Shown one piece after another: positions 24,088 through 34,371 of a DNA stretch of 64,000 nt. The position numbers were made by a program, and so were the translations under genes. The notes under the pieces were generated by a model. It was not told the origin of the DNA, did no database searches, and saw nothing but the letters and a program-made list of their open reading frames with translations. Within the stretch, counting starts at the first letter, position 1; every line of letters begins with the position of its first letter. The DNA is from Dyella koreensis (lineage in GTDB: Bacteria; Pseudomonadota; Gammaproteobacteria; Xanthomonadales; Rhodanobacteraceae): the NCBI RefSeq assembly GCF_044904565.1, contig NZ_JADIKD010000011.1, positions 101,724 to 165,723 of the forward strand, in the 5' to 3' direction.

Positions 24088-25263
<1,176 letters not shown>

Positions 25264-26328
25264 TCAGTCGCCGCGCGGCAGAATCATCATGGCGTCGCCA
25301 TAGGAGAAGAAGCGGTAGCGCTGTTCGACGGCGTGTCGATAGGCCTGCAACACAAAGTCCCGCCCAGCCAGCGCCGACACCAGCATCAGCAGGGTCGACT
25401 GCGGCAGATGGAAGTTGGTGATCAGGCCGTCGATGCTGCTGAATCGGTAGCCAGGGAAGATGAAAATCTGCGTCTCCCCCGCGAATGGCTGCAGCTCGCC
25501 TTCGCGACTGGCGCTTTCCAGCGCGCGCACCACGGTCGTGCCCACCGCAACCACGCGCCCACCGCGGGCGCGTGTGCGACGGATCTGCTCCACCAGACTC
25601 GCGCCGACATTCAGCCACTCGCGGTGCATCTGGTGATCCTTGATATCGTCGGTGCGCACCGGCTGGAAAGTGCCGGCACCGACATGCAGGGTCACATAGC
25701 CGAACTCCACCCCCAACTCGCGCAGCGTCGCCAGCATCCCCTCATCAAAATGCAGGCCGGCGGTGGGCGCGGCGACGGCACCGGGTTCGCGGGCGAACAC
25801 GGTCTGGTAACGCTCGAGATCGCTCGCATCGGCGTGGCGTTCGATATACGGCGGCAACGGCATTTCGCCAAGCCGCAGCAGCAGGCGCTCCAGCGGATCG
25901 GGCGACTCGAAGCGCAGCCGGAAAAACGCACCGTCGCGCCCAAGCACCACAGCATGACTGCCATCAGCCAGCTCGATACGACCGCCCTCCTTCGGCTTCT
26001 TGCTCACACCGAGTTGCACAGTGGCTTCGTGCGCACCGGTCACGCGCTCGATCAGGATTTCTACCGCGCCACCGCTCTCCTTGCGCCCATAGAGACGGGC
26101 CGGCAACACGCGAGTGTCGTTGAAGACCATCAGATCGCCCTTGCGCAACAACTGGGGCAACTCGCGGAACATGCGGTCCTGCAAGGACTGCGCGTCCACG
26201 TCGAGCAGCAACAGGCGGCTGGCCGTGCGTTCGGCCAGAGGCGCCTGCGCGATCAGCTCGGGCGGCAGGTCAAAATCAAAATCAGACTTCTTCAACGGTC
26301 GGCCAGTGGGCGGCGGGAAACGGGCCAT
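25264..26328 (-). CDS. queA: S-adenosylmethionine:tRNA ribosyltransferase-isomerase
   Basis: ...LKKSDFDFDLPPELIAQAPL... is colinear with QueA. The start MARF at 26328 has a cat at 26326-28. Confidence 0.92.
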   Translation of the reverse strand: MARFPPPTGRPLKKSDFDFDLPPELIAQAPLAERTASRLLLLDVDAQSLQDRMFRELPQLLRKGDLMVFNDTRVLPARLYGRKESGGAVEILIERVTGAHEATVQLGVSKKPKEGGRIELADGSHAVVLGRDGAFFRLRFESPDPLERLLLRLGEMPLPPYIERHADASDLERYQTVFAREPGAVAAPTAGLHFDEGMLATLRELGVEFGYVTLHVGAGTFQPVRTDDIKDHQMHREWLNVGASLVEQIRRTRARGGRVVAVGTTVVRALESASREGELQPFAGETQIFIFPGYRFSSIDGLITNFHLPQSTLLMLVSALAGRDFVLQAYRHAVEQRYRFFSYGDAMMILPRGD

Positions 26329-26356
26329 TATCCCGCACCCCGGCCGCCCAGGCACC

Positions 26357-28789
26357 TCAACCGGGCAGTTTGCGGTTCTTGCGCCGGCGTATGCCCCATA
26401 CCAAACCCCCAGCCACCAGCACCAACCCACCCAGCTCCAGCGGCCAGTAACGGCGGACCATGTGCTTGGCCTGCACAACATAATGGTGTCGCTGCATGGC
26501 CCGGGCCTTGTCGAAATCGGGCTCTTCGCAGTCGCGCCCGAAGTTCGCCGCCCAATCCACATAGGGGCCTTGCTTCACATAACGCTGATACAGCGCCCCG
26601 GCCTTGCGCTCCCGCTCCGATGGCTCCGTCGGCACCGGCTCGCCATAGCCCTGATAGTGGTCGCTGTAATCGGGCGGCCCCTCCAGCATCCAGCCGGTGG
26701 CCTGGCACAACACGGCAGCAAAGGCCTGCGAGCGCCGAGGTAGCAGATCGGCGGCGCTGGTCGCTCGGTCGGCGGCCAGATAGCGGTAATGGAAGCGCAG
26801 ATCGGGCTTGGCGCCGCTTCCGGCAAAGCGCTGGCGCTCGCCATCGGTGACGAACGACTGCTTCAGATCATCGGCGGAATGACCGCTGCCGCCTTGGAAA
26901 CTCCCACCGATGTCGGTGTAGTCGGGCCCCTGCTCATAACCGAACAGCTCCATGCCCTGCTCGCGCTCGATCTTCGCCGCGGCGTAACGCGCCTCGGCCT
27001 TGCCGACGTCCGTCCAGGCATGCTCGCTGTCGCGCACGGCGCCGACAAATTCACGTGCCTTCGTGCGCATGTCCACTTCGCCGAAGCGGCGATCGCCGCT
27101 GACCGGGAAATAGCCCAGCGCTTCGTCATAACGTCCGGCACGCATCAAACGCCGCGCCAGCAACCAGCGCAGGTTGTCGGCCAGCGGCGGACTGCCGTAG
27201 TAAGGCTCCGGTGCTGCCGACGTGGCGTGCGCAGGTGCCGGCGCGGGCGACGCCGGGGCATGTGCATCGACGAAGGTTTTCAACTCATCGACGTTGAGGA
27301 CCCGCTCGGCGACATAAGAAGCGTCATTACCATAGCCGACGCCGCTTCCCTCATCCTCGTCGTAAACATTACCGTTGCCGCCTGTCGCATTCGCCGCGTC
27401 GTACAGGTGCCCCATCGCTTCCACGTATTCGCCGCGCGCCAAGGCAAGCACACCCTGTTCGCCGACCAGGAGCTTGGTATTGCCGACATCGATGCTGGCT
27501 TTCGGATCATCAGCCTTGGGGAAGGCCTTCGCAGCCTCCGCATAAGCCGCCGCCGCAGCCAGCAGATCACCCTTCTGCAAGGCGAGCTTGGCGCGTACCC
27601 AACTTGCCAACGGACCGGAAGCTTTGTCCGCCAGCTTGGCGGCCAGATCGTAACGGCCGAGGCGATAGGCCAAGGCGGCCAGGCGATCGGCACCGGCCAC
27701 CTGATCGAGCCCACGCTGCTCAATCGCCGACACCAACGCCAGCAGGCGAGGATTGGGCTTCGCCGCCTGCGCCGCACCCGCCGATGATTCCGTCACCTCA
27801 TCGCCTTCTCGCGCCAAGGCGTAGGAGACCAGCAGCCGCTGCGGAACAGGCGCATCGATCAAGGCAACTGCGAGCTCGTCATCCGCCAGCGCATTGGCTG
27901 CGATAGCCGCCAGCGACTGTACTGCGCTGTTGGAGCCGTGGCCCGCCTGCGCGGCATACAGCGTGATGGCGCGCTTCAGATCCGCGGGAGCCAGTGCTTG
28001 GCCGCAGGTCTCCTTATCGCTCCATAGCTCGCTCCAACCGCACAAGCGTCCCTCGCTGTACAGATAGAGACGTGCTTCTTCACCGAAACTGGATACCGCC
28101 AATCCCTGGGTGTCGGCGGCACCATCCACGGCCCGTGTGCGCGCCAGCTCGAAAGCTTTTGCTGCCGCGTCGCGCTCGCGCTTGAATACCTCCGCCTCGC
28201 TTGCGTGCGCATGGGCTCGCGCCGCATGAATCCGGCCGAGCATGTAAGCGGCCCACACTGAACGCAGCTTCGCCTGCTCCGGTGGCAGCGCAAGCACCTG
28301 CTCGAAACTGGCGATGGCGTGATCCATGGCCTCATCGGTGGCCGGCTCGCACACATCGCCTTGCGCTTTGTCGGCGGCTTCGTCACTGCCTTCGCAAGAC
28401 ATCTCGGCGGCGGCATAGTCCACGGCGCCCGCGGTGTACGCACGCAGATCCGCAGGCAGATCCTTGCCATCCTCATAAGCCTTGCTGCCGGTGTCGGCCT
28501 CACGCAGCTTGACCACTGTGGCCCATTGCTCCGGCGACAACCCCTGCGCCTTGGCCATGGCTGCCTGATCATCCTGACTCGGCGACGCATTCGACTCATC
28601 CGCCTGCAACGAATCCGTCGGAGGCAGCAGATGGCTCACCTCGAAAGCGAAACTGTTCTGCGGAGTCGCCCTCAACGTGGCTTCGCGGTGATCGAGCAGC
28701 TGGCTCGGGAAATCCGGACCGCAGGCCCAGACCACAGCCCCGGTCATGCCAGCCAGTACACCGGCCACTATCCATTTGCGCTTGATCAT
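26357..28789 (-). CDS. Large (810 aa) Ala-rich TPR-like protein of unknown function with N-terminal signal/lipobox-like segment and C-terminal hydrophobic + RRRKNRK tail
   Basis: MIKRKWIVAGVLAGMTGAVVWACGPDF... ...YWPLELGGLVLVAGGLVWGIRRRKNRKLPG. The SD is GGAAGGAG, and the gene is adjacent to the upstream lipoprotein gene. Confidence 0.75.
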   Translation of the reverse strand: MIKRKWIVAGVLAGMTGAVVWACGPDFPSQLLDHREATLRATPQNSFAFEVSHLLPPTDSLQADESNASPSQDDQAAMAKAQGLSPEQWATVVKLREADTGSKAYEDGKDLPADLRAYTAGAVDYAAAEMSCEGSDEAADKAQGDVCEPATDEAMDHAIASFEQVLALPPEQAKLRSVWAAYMLGRIHAARAHAHASEAEVFKRERDAAAKAFELARTRAVDGAADTQGLAVSSFGEEARLYLYSEGRLCGWSELWSDKETCGQALAPADLKRAITLYAAQAGHGSNSAVQSLAAIAANALADDELAVALIDAPVPQRLLVSYALAREGDEVTESSAGAAQAAKPNPRLLALVSAIEQRGLDQVAGADRLAALAYRLGRYDLAAKLADKASGPLASWVRAKLALQKGDLLAAAAAYAEAAKAFPKADDPKASIDVGNTKLLVGEQGVLALARGEYVEAMGHLYDAANATGGNGNVYDEDEGSGVGYGNDASYVAERVLNVDELKTFVDAHAPASPAPAPAHATSAAPEPYYGSPPLADNLRWLLARRLMRAGRYDEALGYFPVSGDRRFGEVDMRTKAREFVGAVRDSEHAWTDVGKAEARYAAAKIEREQGMELFGYEQGPDYTDIGGSFQGGSGHSADDLKQSFVTDGERQRFAGSGAKPDLRFHYRYLAADRATSAADLLPRRSQAFAAVLCQATGWMLEGPPDYSDHYQGYGEPVPTEPSERERKAGALYQRYVKQGPYVDWAANFGRDCEEPDFDKARAMQRHHYVVQAKHMVRRYWPLELGGLVLVAGGLVWGIRRRKNRKLPG

Positions 28790-28857
28790 GGAACTCCTTC
28801 CCCTTAGCGACAGCAATACAGCGAATGATGAGGGGAAAGGCAGCGCAGCGGAATAGC

Positions 28858-30051
28858 TCAGGGCGCAATCACCGGGAGTGCTTTGCCCGTACCGCAGCGA
28901 GCCCAGCCTACCGCGCGCTGGCGATGCGCCCGCAACCACCCGTCCTGTGAGCGCTGAAGAAAGAGTTGGCCGTTGCGAGAGCTCAGCGCATAACCATTGA
29001 CGCCATCCGCCACCGTGCATCCCACCGGCAACTGGATGCCATGCGGCAATCCGATATCCACGTCCCCGTCGTTGCGCAGGATCACGTCAACCATGCCCGG
29101 CACTGCCCCATCCTGAAACAACGCCGCCAGGCGATTCGTCAGTGGCAACCCCGTCATCACCGCACGCCAGGTCGGCAGGCTCCAGGCGCGCTCGTCCTGC
29201 GGCGTGGGCAGGCGAAACCACACAATGCCCGACAAACCCTTCGGCCGGTCGCTGCGCAACGCGCTCAGCAAAGTCGCCACCTTCGCGGGCGACGCCGCCA
29301 GCTCGCTCGCTTCCATGCCGCCTACCAATACGGGGGACTCGCTCTGCACTGCCACGACACGGCCATCGCTATCCCATGCCACCCGTGTCCCGTAGTTGGG
29401 CAAGGCCACGCGAAAGGGTTTGCTGCTGCGGGCGGCGAAGCGGTCAATCCAAACTCGCGCCAAGGCATCGTCGAACAAACCGGCGCGCGGCGACTGCACG
29501 GCATGCACCTGCAAGATCACTTCGTCGGCTTGCGCGATCACCTTGTCCAGATCACCCGACGACAGCCACGCAGGCAACGCGGTGATCGAAAGCTGGAGTC
29601 CGCCCAATGCTTGCCGTAACCGGCCAAGGAAATGGGCGTATGCGGGCAACCGTGCCGTCCCACAGTCGTGATCGATCTCGATGCCGGCCAACGGATAGCC
29701 ACGCCAGCTATCCCGCAACGCCTGGATCTGCGCGAGCAATGCATCCTCGTCCCACTGCACCAACTGCCCTTCAATGCGGAAGACCAGGATCACCGGCCGA
29801 TGGGTAGCGGCGAGTGCCGCCCGATCCGTCGCCACCGGCCGCAGTTGCCCACGCGCATCGGTCTGCGCCGCCAGCACCCGCCAATCGCGCACGAGATCGG
29901 CTGACTGACCGAGCGCCGTCACGACGGACGAGTTCCATTGGCGCTGCCACACATAAGCGTCCTGCCCGAGCGGTGCGGAGGCCGAATGGCAAGCAGCCAG
30001 ACATGCGCTCAAAAGCGCCCAAACCCAGCGAACCCCATTCCTGCGCACCAT
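28858..30051 (-). CDS. Uncharacterised lipoprotein (about 397 aa; possibly DUF3142 / glycoside-hydrolase-like TIM-barrel, unverified)
   Basis: MVRRNGVRWVWALLSACLAAC has an L-A-A-C lipobox. An internal ...GIEIDHDCGTARLP... suggests a TIM-barrel-like fold (unverified), and the gene lies 68 nt upstream of the 810-aa gene. Confidence 0.7.
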   Translation of the reverse strand: MVRRNGVRWVWALLSACLAACHSASAPLGQDAYVWQRQWNSSVVTALGQSADLVRDWRVLAAQTDARGQLRPVATDRAALAATHRPVILVFRIEGQLVQWDEDALLAQIQALRDSWRGYPLAGIEIDHDCGTARLPAYAHFLGRLRQALGGLQLSITALPAWLSSGDLDKVIAQADEVILQVHAVQSPRAGLFDDALARVWIDRFAARSSKPFRVALPNYGTRVAWDSDGRVVAVQSESPVLVGGMEASELAASPAKVATLLSALRSDRPKGLSGIVWFRLPTPQDERAWSLPTWRAVMTGLPLTNRLAALFQDGAVPGMVDVILRNDGDVDIGLPHGIQLPVGCTVADGVNGYALSSRNGQLFLQRSQDGWLRAHRQRAVGWARCGTGKALPVIAP

Positions 30052-30106
30052 GCATCCTCGCTCAAAGCTTCCAATGGCTGGGCATTCTAGCCATGCGCTC
30101 GATCCA

Positions 30107-30140
30107 TAAAAAAACGCCGCCCCGAAGGACGGCGTCGCTT
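30107..30140 (-). terminator. Rho-independent terminator after rtcB
   Basis: Minus strand ACGCCGTCC-ttcg-GGGCGGCGT followed by TTTTTTT. Confidence 0.75.
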
Positions 30141-30160
30141 GGTAAGTGCAGAGTCCGGCA

Positions 30161-31384
30161 TCAACCCTTCACGCACAGCACCTGGCGCAAGGTGTGAACC
30201 ACTTCCACGAGGTCGGTCTGTGCGGCCATCACCGCGTCGATCGACTTGTAGGCGGCGGGCGATTCATCGATCACACCCGCATCCTTGCGGCACTCGACAT
30301 GAGCCGTTGCCTCGCGGTGCTGGCTGAGCGTGATGCTCTGCTTTGCCGCGCTACGGCTCATCACGCGACCGGCGCCGTGGCTGCAGCTGTGGAAGCTGTC
30401 CGCGTTACCCTTGCCGCGCACGATGTAGCTCTTCGTGCCCATGCTGCCCGGGATGATGCCGAGCTCACCCTCGCGAGCGCTGACGGCGCCCTTACGGGTC
30501 ACCAGCAGCGATTCACCAAAGTGCGTTTCGCGCTGCACATAGTTGTGGTGGCAGTTGACTGCCATCTTCTCCAACTGGAACTTCGGCAGACGGTGGCGCA
30601 TCTCGTTAAGCACCCGCGCCATCATCGCTTCACGGTTATGGCGCGCGTAGTCCTGTGCCCAGGACACCGCCTCCACGTAATCGTCGAACAGCGGCTCGCC
30701 TTCCAGAAAGAAGGCCAGATCCTTATCCGGCAGATGGAAGCCGAGCACACGATGCGCCAGTTCCTCGCGCGCCCGCTCGATGAAGTAGCTACCGATCAGG
30801 TTGCCCGTACCACGCGAACCCGAGTGCAGCATCACCCACACCACATCCGCCTCGTCGAGACAGATTTCGATGAAGTGGTTGCCGCCACCGAGCGTGCCCA
30901 GCTGATGCTCGACTTTATCGGTGCGGATCTTGCGGTGCTTGGTCTTGATAGCCTCCAGTCGCTGGAACAACCCCGACTGCGTCATGCGCGTCTCGATACC
31001 GTCCGGCATCCGGCGATGCTCACCGCCGCGGCCATTGCCGACCGGCACGCCACGCTCGATGCTCGAACGCAGTTGCGCCAGGTTGTCCGGCAGATCGCTG
31101 GCACGCAGCGTGGTCCTGACCGCCGCCATGCCGCAGCCAATGTCCACACCGACCGCGGCGGGAATGATCGCCCCGCGCGTCGGCACCACCGAGCCCACCG
31201 TGGCGCCCTTGCCCAAATGCACGTCAGGCATCACCGCGACCCAGGGACCGACAAACGGCAGCGCGGCGATGTTCTGCAACTGCTGACGCGCCTGTTCTTC
31301 CAGCGGCACGCCTTGTACCCAGCCCTTGATCGGGGTGCTCTTGCTTCCCACGTGCAGGAATTCGTATTGCGAGTTCGTTTCCAT
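30161..31384 (-). CDS. rtcB: RNA-splicing ligase RtcB
   Basis: ...VMPDVHLGKGATVGSVVPTRGAIIPAAVGVDIGCGM... The start METNSQYEF at 31384 has the SD AAGGAA. Confidence 0.93.
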   Translation of the reverse strand: METNSQYEFLHVGSKSTPIKGWVQGVPLEEQARQQLQNIAALPFVGPWVAVMPDVHLGKGATVGSVVPTRGAIIPAAVGVDIGCGMAAVRTTLRASDLPDNLAQLRSSIERGVPVGNGRGGEHRRMPDGIETRMTQSGLFQRLEAIKTKHRKIRTDKVEHQLGTLGGGNHFIEICLDEADVVWVMLHSGSRGTGNLIGSYFIERAREELAHRVLGFHLPDKDLAFFLEGEPLFDDYVEAVSWAQDYARHNREAMMARVLNEMRHRLPKFQLEKMAVNCHHNYVQRETHFGESLLVTRKGAVSAREGELGIIPGSMGTKSYIVRGKGNADSFHSCSHGAGRVMSRSAAKQSITLSQHREATAHVECRKDAGVIDESPAAYKSIDAVMAAQTDLVEVVHTLRQVLCVKG

Positions 31385-31438
31385 ATCCAACATTCCTTGA
31401 TTGGGCGATGCGGCGATTCCGTTCGCCACACCGCTGTT

Positions 31439-32563
31439 TTACTCCTTCAGCGTGACCAGTTGCTTCAGCACGCCATCCAGGCCGCCGAACACGGTCAGCT
31501 TGTCGATCTTCTCGGTGACCTTCTCCAGCGCCTCCAGCTCCTTCAGGCGCATCAGCACCGGGCTCTCCTCGATCAGGCGTGCCGTGTTGAGCAGGGAACG
31601 CGTGGCGTTCGCCTCCTCGCGACGGCGGATCACATTGGCCTGGGCCGCCTTCTCCGCCTGCACCACGCTGTTGAGGATGTCCTTCATCTCACCCGGCAGG
31701 ATCACGTCCTTCACGCCCACGCCAAGCACCTCCAGACCCAGCTCACCGACACGGCCATACACGTAGGCAAAGATGTCCGCGTCCAGCGACGCCTTGTCGC
31801 CGAGCAGCTCGTCCAGCGTCTTGGCGGAAACCGCCTTGCGCAGGCCGTACTGCAGTTCGCGGTACAGGTAATCGCTGTACTTGGTCACCTTGGTGCGCGC
31901 GGCGACCGGGTCGGTCACGCGCAGGCTGGCGGCCAGGTTCACGCGCAGACTCACCTTGTCGCGGGTCAACAGCTCCTGACCTGATACCTCCAGCGACTGC
32001 ACGCGCTGGTCGATCACCTCGGCCACCACGTTCCTCTGGAAGTTCCAGAAGGCGTAGGCACCCGGTGCCAGCGTGCGCACCAGCTTGCCGTCGACGAACA
32101 ACAGACCCGCCGACTCCACCGGCACCTCCACGGTCACCGCCACTTTGCCGAGCGCGCAAAGCTGACGCAGACGGCTAGCGACATCCGCCTCCAGCTCCAG
32201 CGTGTCGGCCAGCGACACCAGGCGCAGCTCAACCTGCACCAAATCCTTCCAGTACAGCTTGCGCGTGCCCGGCGCCAGCACATCCTCCAGCTTGCCGTTC
32301 TTCAGCACCAGGCCGACCTGGCCCGTGCCGACGTCGGCCACCAGAAAGTGCATCGCCAGCCAGGCGCCCATCTGCGCCATCAGCACCTCGGCGTCGGCAC
32401 CGGCATATTCGGCGCGCGACACGTTGTGCACGACGACCGCGATGCGGCCGAGCGGGTCGAAGTAGCGATACACGCCCGCGGACAGGACGCCCTGCAGTTG
32501 ACGGTTGCGGTACAGCAAACCGCGCTCACCGTCGCCGATCACGATTTGCTTGATCCAGAACAT
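31439..32563 (-). CDS. SPFH/band-7 (slipin-like) domain protein
   Basis: MFWIKQIVIGDGERGLLYRNRQLQGVLSAGVYRYFDPLGRIAVVVHNVS... with a C-terminal coiled coil. The SD is AAAGGAG, and the gene is 54 nt upstream of rtcB. Confidence 0.85.
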   Translation of the reverse strand: MFWIKQIVIGDGERGLLYRNRQLQGVLSAGVYRYFDPLGRIAVVVHNVSRAEYAGADAEVLMAQMGAWLAMHFLVADVGTGQVGLVLKNGKLEDVLAPGTRKLYWKDLVQVELRLVSLADTLELEADVASRLRQLCALGKVAVTVEVPVESAGLLFVDGKLVRTLAPGAYAFWNFQRNVVAEVIDQRVQSLEVSGQELLTRDKVSLRVNLAASLRVTDPVAARTKVTKYSDYLYRELQYGLRKAVSAKTLDELLGDKASLDADIFAYVYGRVGELGLEVLGVGVKDVILPGEMKDILNSVVQAEKAAQANVIRRREEANATRSLLNTARLIEESPVLMRLKELEALEKVTEKIDKLTVFGGLDGVLKQLVTLKE

Positions 32564-32984
32564 GGGAATACTCCTTTCATCCCTAGATTCGATCCGCTTC
32601 AGATAATCCATTTGCGCGAGCGGACCGGAGCCGCGCAAAAAAATGTTGAGATAATCGAGAGCGCACTGCCCTCTCCCCCGCGGGATAATCGAATCGGAAA
32701 TCGCTTTCCTATCGAAAAGATCGAGTAAGGCGGAAGCGCCCCTTTACGTCTGCGTCGCGAAACCCAAGCGCCTCGCCGAGGGAGATGACCATCCACCGGC
32801 ATCGCTGCGGCAAGCCGCCTCCAATGCCATCCGATCGCCACCTGCCCCGACTCGGGACAAGGGTCCAGCGCCGCACCCGCTGCTTTGTCCAACTGCCGCC
32901 TTCCATGACGAACATATCGGACGCCGCACAGGGCGCTTCCTGGGAGGGAACTTTCGTTCCCGGGTCATGACGTTGACAGGTCAT

Positions 32985-33058
32985 GGTTTGGAGCGGGAAT
33001 CGAACCCGCGACACTCGGTATCCAGCACCGATGCTCTACCCGACTGAGCTATCCAATG
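32985..33058 (-). tRNA. tRNA-like sequence A (UGG/Pro-like anticodon, structurally anomalous; possible pseudo-tRNA)
   Basis: Manual RC gives a D-arm GCTC-AGTCGGGTA-GAGC, an anticodon arm TCGGT-GCTGGAT-ACCGA, and a T-arm GCGGG-TTCGATT-CCCGC. The acceptor has 2 mismatches, position 33 is C, and no CCA is encoded. Confidence 0.5.
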
Positions 33059-33131
33059 TACGACGTACCGGATTCGAACCGGCGACCTCCGGCGATGAAG
33101 CCGGCGCTCTTCCAGGCTGAGCTAACGTCGT
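33059..33131 (-). tRNA. tRNA-like sequence B (CAU/Met-like, structurally anomalous; possible pseudo-tRNA)
   Basis: The acceptor ACGACGT/ACGTCGT is perfect, and the D-arm GCTC-AGCCTGGAA-GAGC and T-arm GCCGG-TTCGAAT-CCGGT are present. The anticodon stem CCGGC/GCCGG encloses only a 6-nt loop (TTCATC), and the element abuts tRNA-like A with no spacer. Confidence 0.5.
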
Positions 33132-33768
33132 CGCGCAACACCCTCGTACGAACCTCGGCATACGCTGCGGCAGCGCCGCGCGCACCGGACGGGCTTTGGA
33201 ACCCGCACCGCTGAAATCCGTCGTTGGATGCTGCGTATTGCCGGCTGTCGCCAACCGGCAATGCGTGTGGGCGCAAACGCCCGAATGCGTGATGAGTACG
33301 TTGATCCGCACCGCCCGCGCCGAAGCATTAGGAGCCTGCTCATGCGCCGGTTGCAGCACGCCCCTGCCTCAGCCACTCCATGTAGCCGGATGCTTCAGGG
33401 CGGAAGAGAACTTCCGATCGTCGAACTCAGCATCGTGTTTCGATGCATGGTCATCCCTTGCGAACGCCAGAAACAAAATGCCCCCGGGTGTGGCGACCCG
33501 AGGGCATTCGCGTTGCCTCGGGAGATCGGGGTGACCGATCTCCGCAGGCGGGATCAGTCGATCAGAAGAAAACCTTTGCCGTGCATGCACCGTTCGTCGC
33601 ACAGGCGCGGCAATGCATCGCGACTAATGCGCGACAGCAAGGCTGCATTGTGGAGAACGTGCGACATGATCTTTTCCATAGTGAAATCGCCGGCAATGGC
33701 GAAGGCCGCGAACATTACGTGATGGCGATTATCGAAGCAAGCGATTTTTTAACGACTACGAATAATTC

Positions 33769-34371
33769 CTACAACCAACCTTTTTGTCGCGCAAGTCGAT
33801 AAGCCTCGATGCGATTGGCCGCACCTAATTTACCGATCGCCTCGGAAAGATAATTACGCACCGTGCCATGCGAGAGATTCAATTGCGTGGCGATATCGCT
33901 CGCCGACTGGCCCTCGCCGGCCAGGCGCAGCACCTGACGTTCGCGATCGTTCAAAGGATCCGCTTCCGACCATGCCTCGAGAGCGAGCTGCGGATCGATC
34001 GCGCGGCCGCCGCGATGAACCATGCGCAGCGCTTCGGCAAGATTTTCTGCAGGGGCATCCTTGAGCAAATAGCCCGACACACCGGCATCCAGCGCGCGGC
34101 GCAGAAAACCAGGGCGCGCAAAAGTCGTCACGATGATCACCTTCATCGGCAATTCGTGGCGCTGAATGCGTTGCGCCAATTCCAGACCGGTGAGGCCAGG
34201 CATCTCGATATCGGTCACCAGTACGTCCGGTTTGAGCCGCTGCAATTCGCGCCATGCCGCCTCGCCGTCCGCGGCGGTGCCGAGCACTTCGATGTCCGAT
34301 TCAAGGTTGAGCAGCGCGGATAGCGCGCCGCGCACCATCGCCTGATCTTCGGCCAGCAATACACGGATCAT
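33769..34371 (-). CDS. NarL/FixJ (LuxR-type HTH) response regulator
   Basis: MIRVLLAEDQAMVRGALSALLNLESDIEVLG... has a REC domain, plus a C-terminal LuxR HTH (GQSASDIATQLNLSHGTVRNYLSEAIGKLG). Confidence 0.9.
   Translation of the reverse strand: MIRVLLAEDQAMVRGALSALLNLESDIEVLGTAADGEAAWRELQRLKPDVLVTDIEMPGLTGLELAQRIQRHELPMKVIIVTTFARPGFLRRALDAGVSGYLLKDAPAENLAEALRMVHRGGRAIDPQLALEAWSEADPLNDRERQVLRLAGEGQSASDIATQLNLSHGTVRNYLSEAIGKLGAANRIEAYRLARQKGWL

Noticed and set aside
32564-33140. Integrase or mobile-element remnant next to the tRNA-like sequences.
   Set aside because: No integrase-, transposase- or phage-like ORF or long direct repeat of the tRNA 3' end was seen. Only short spurious ORFs are present.
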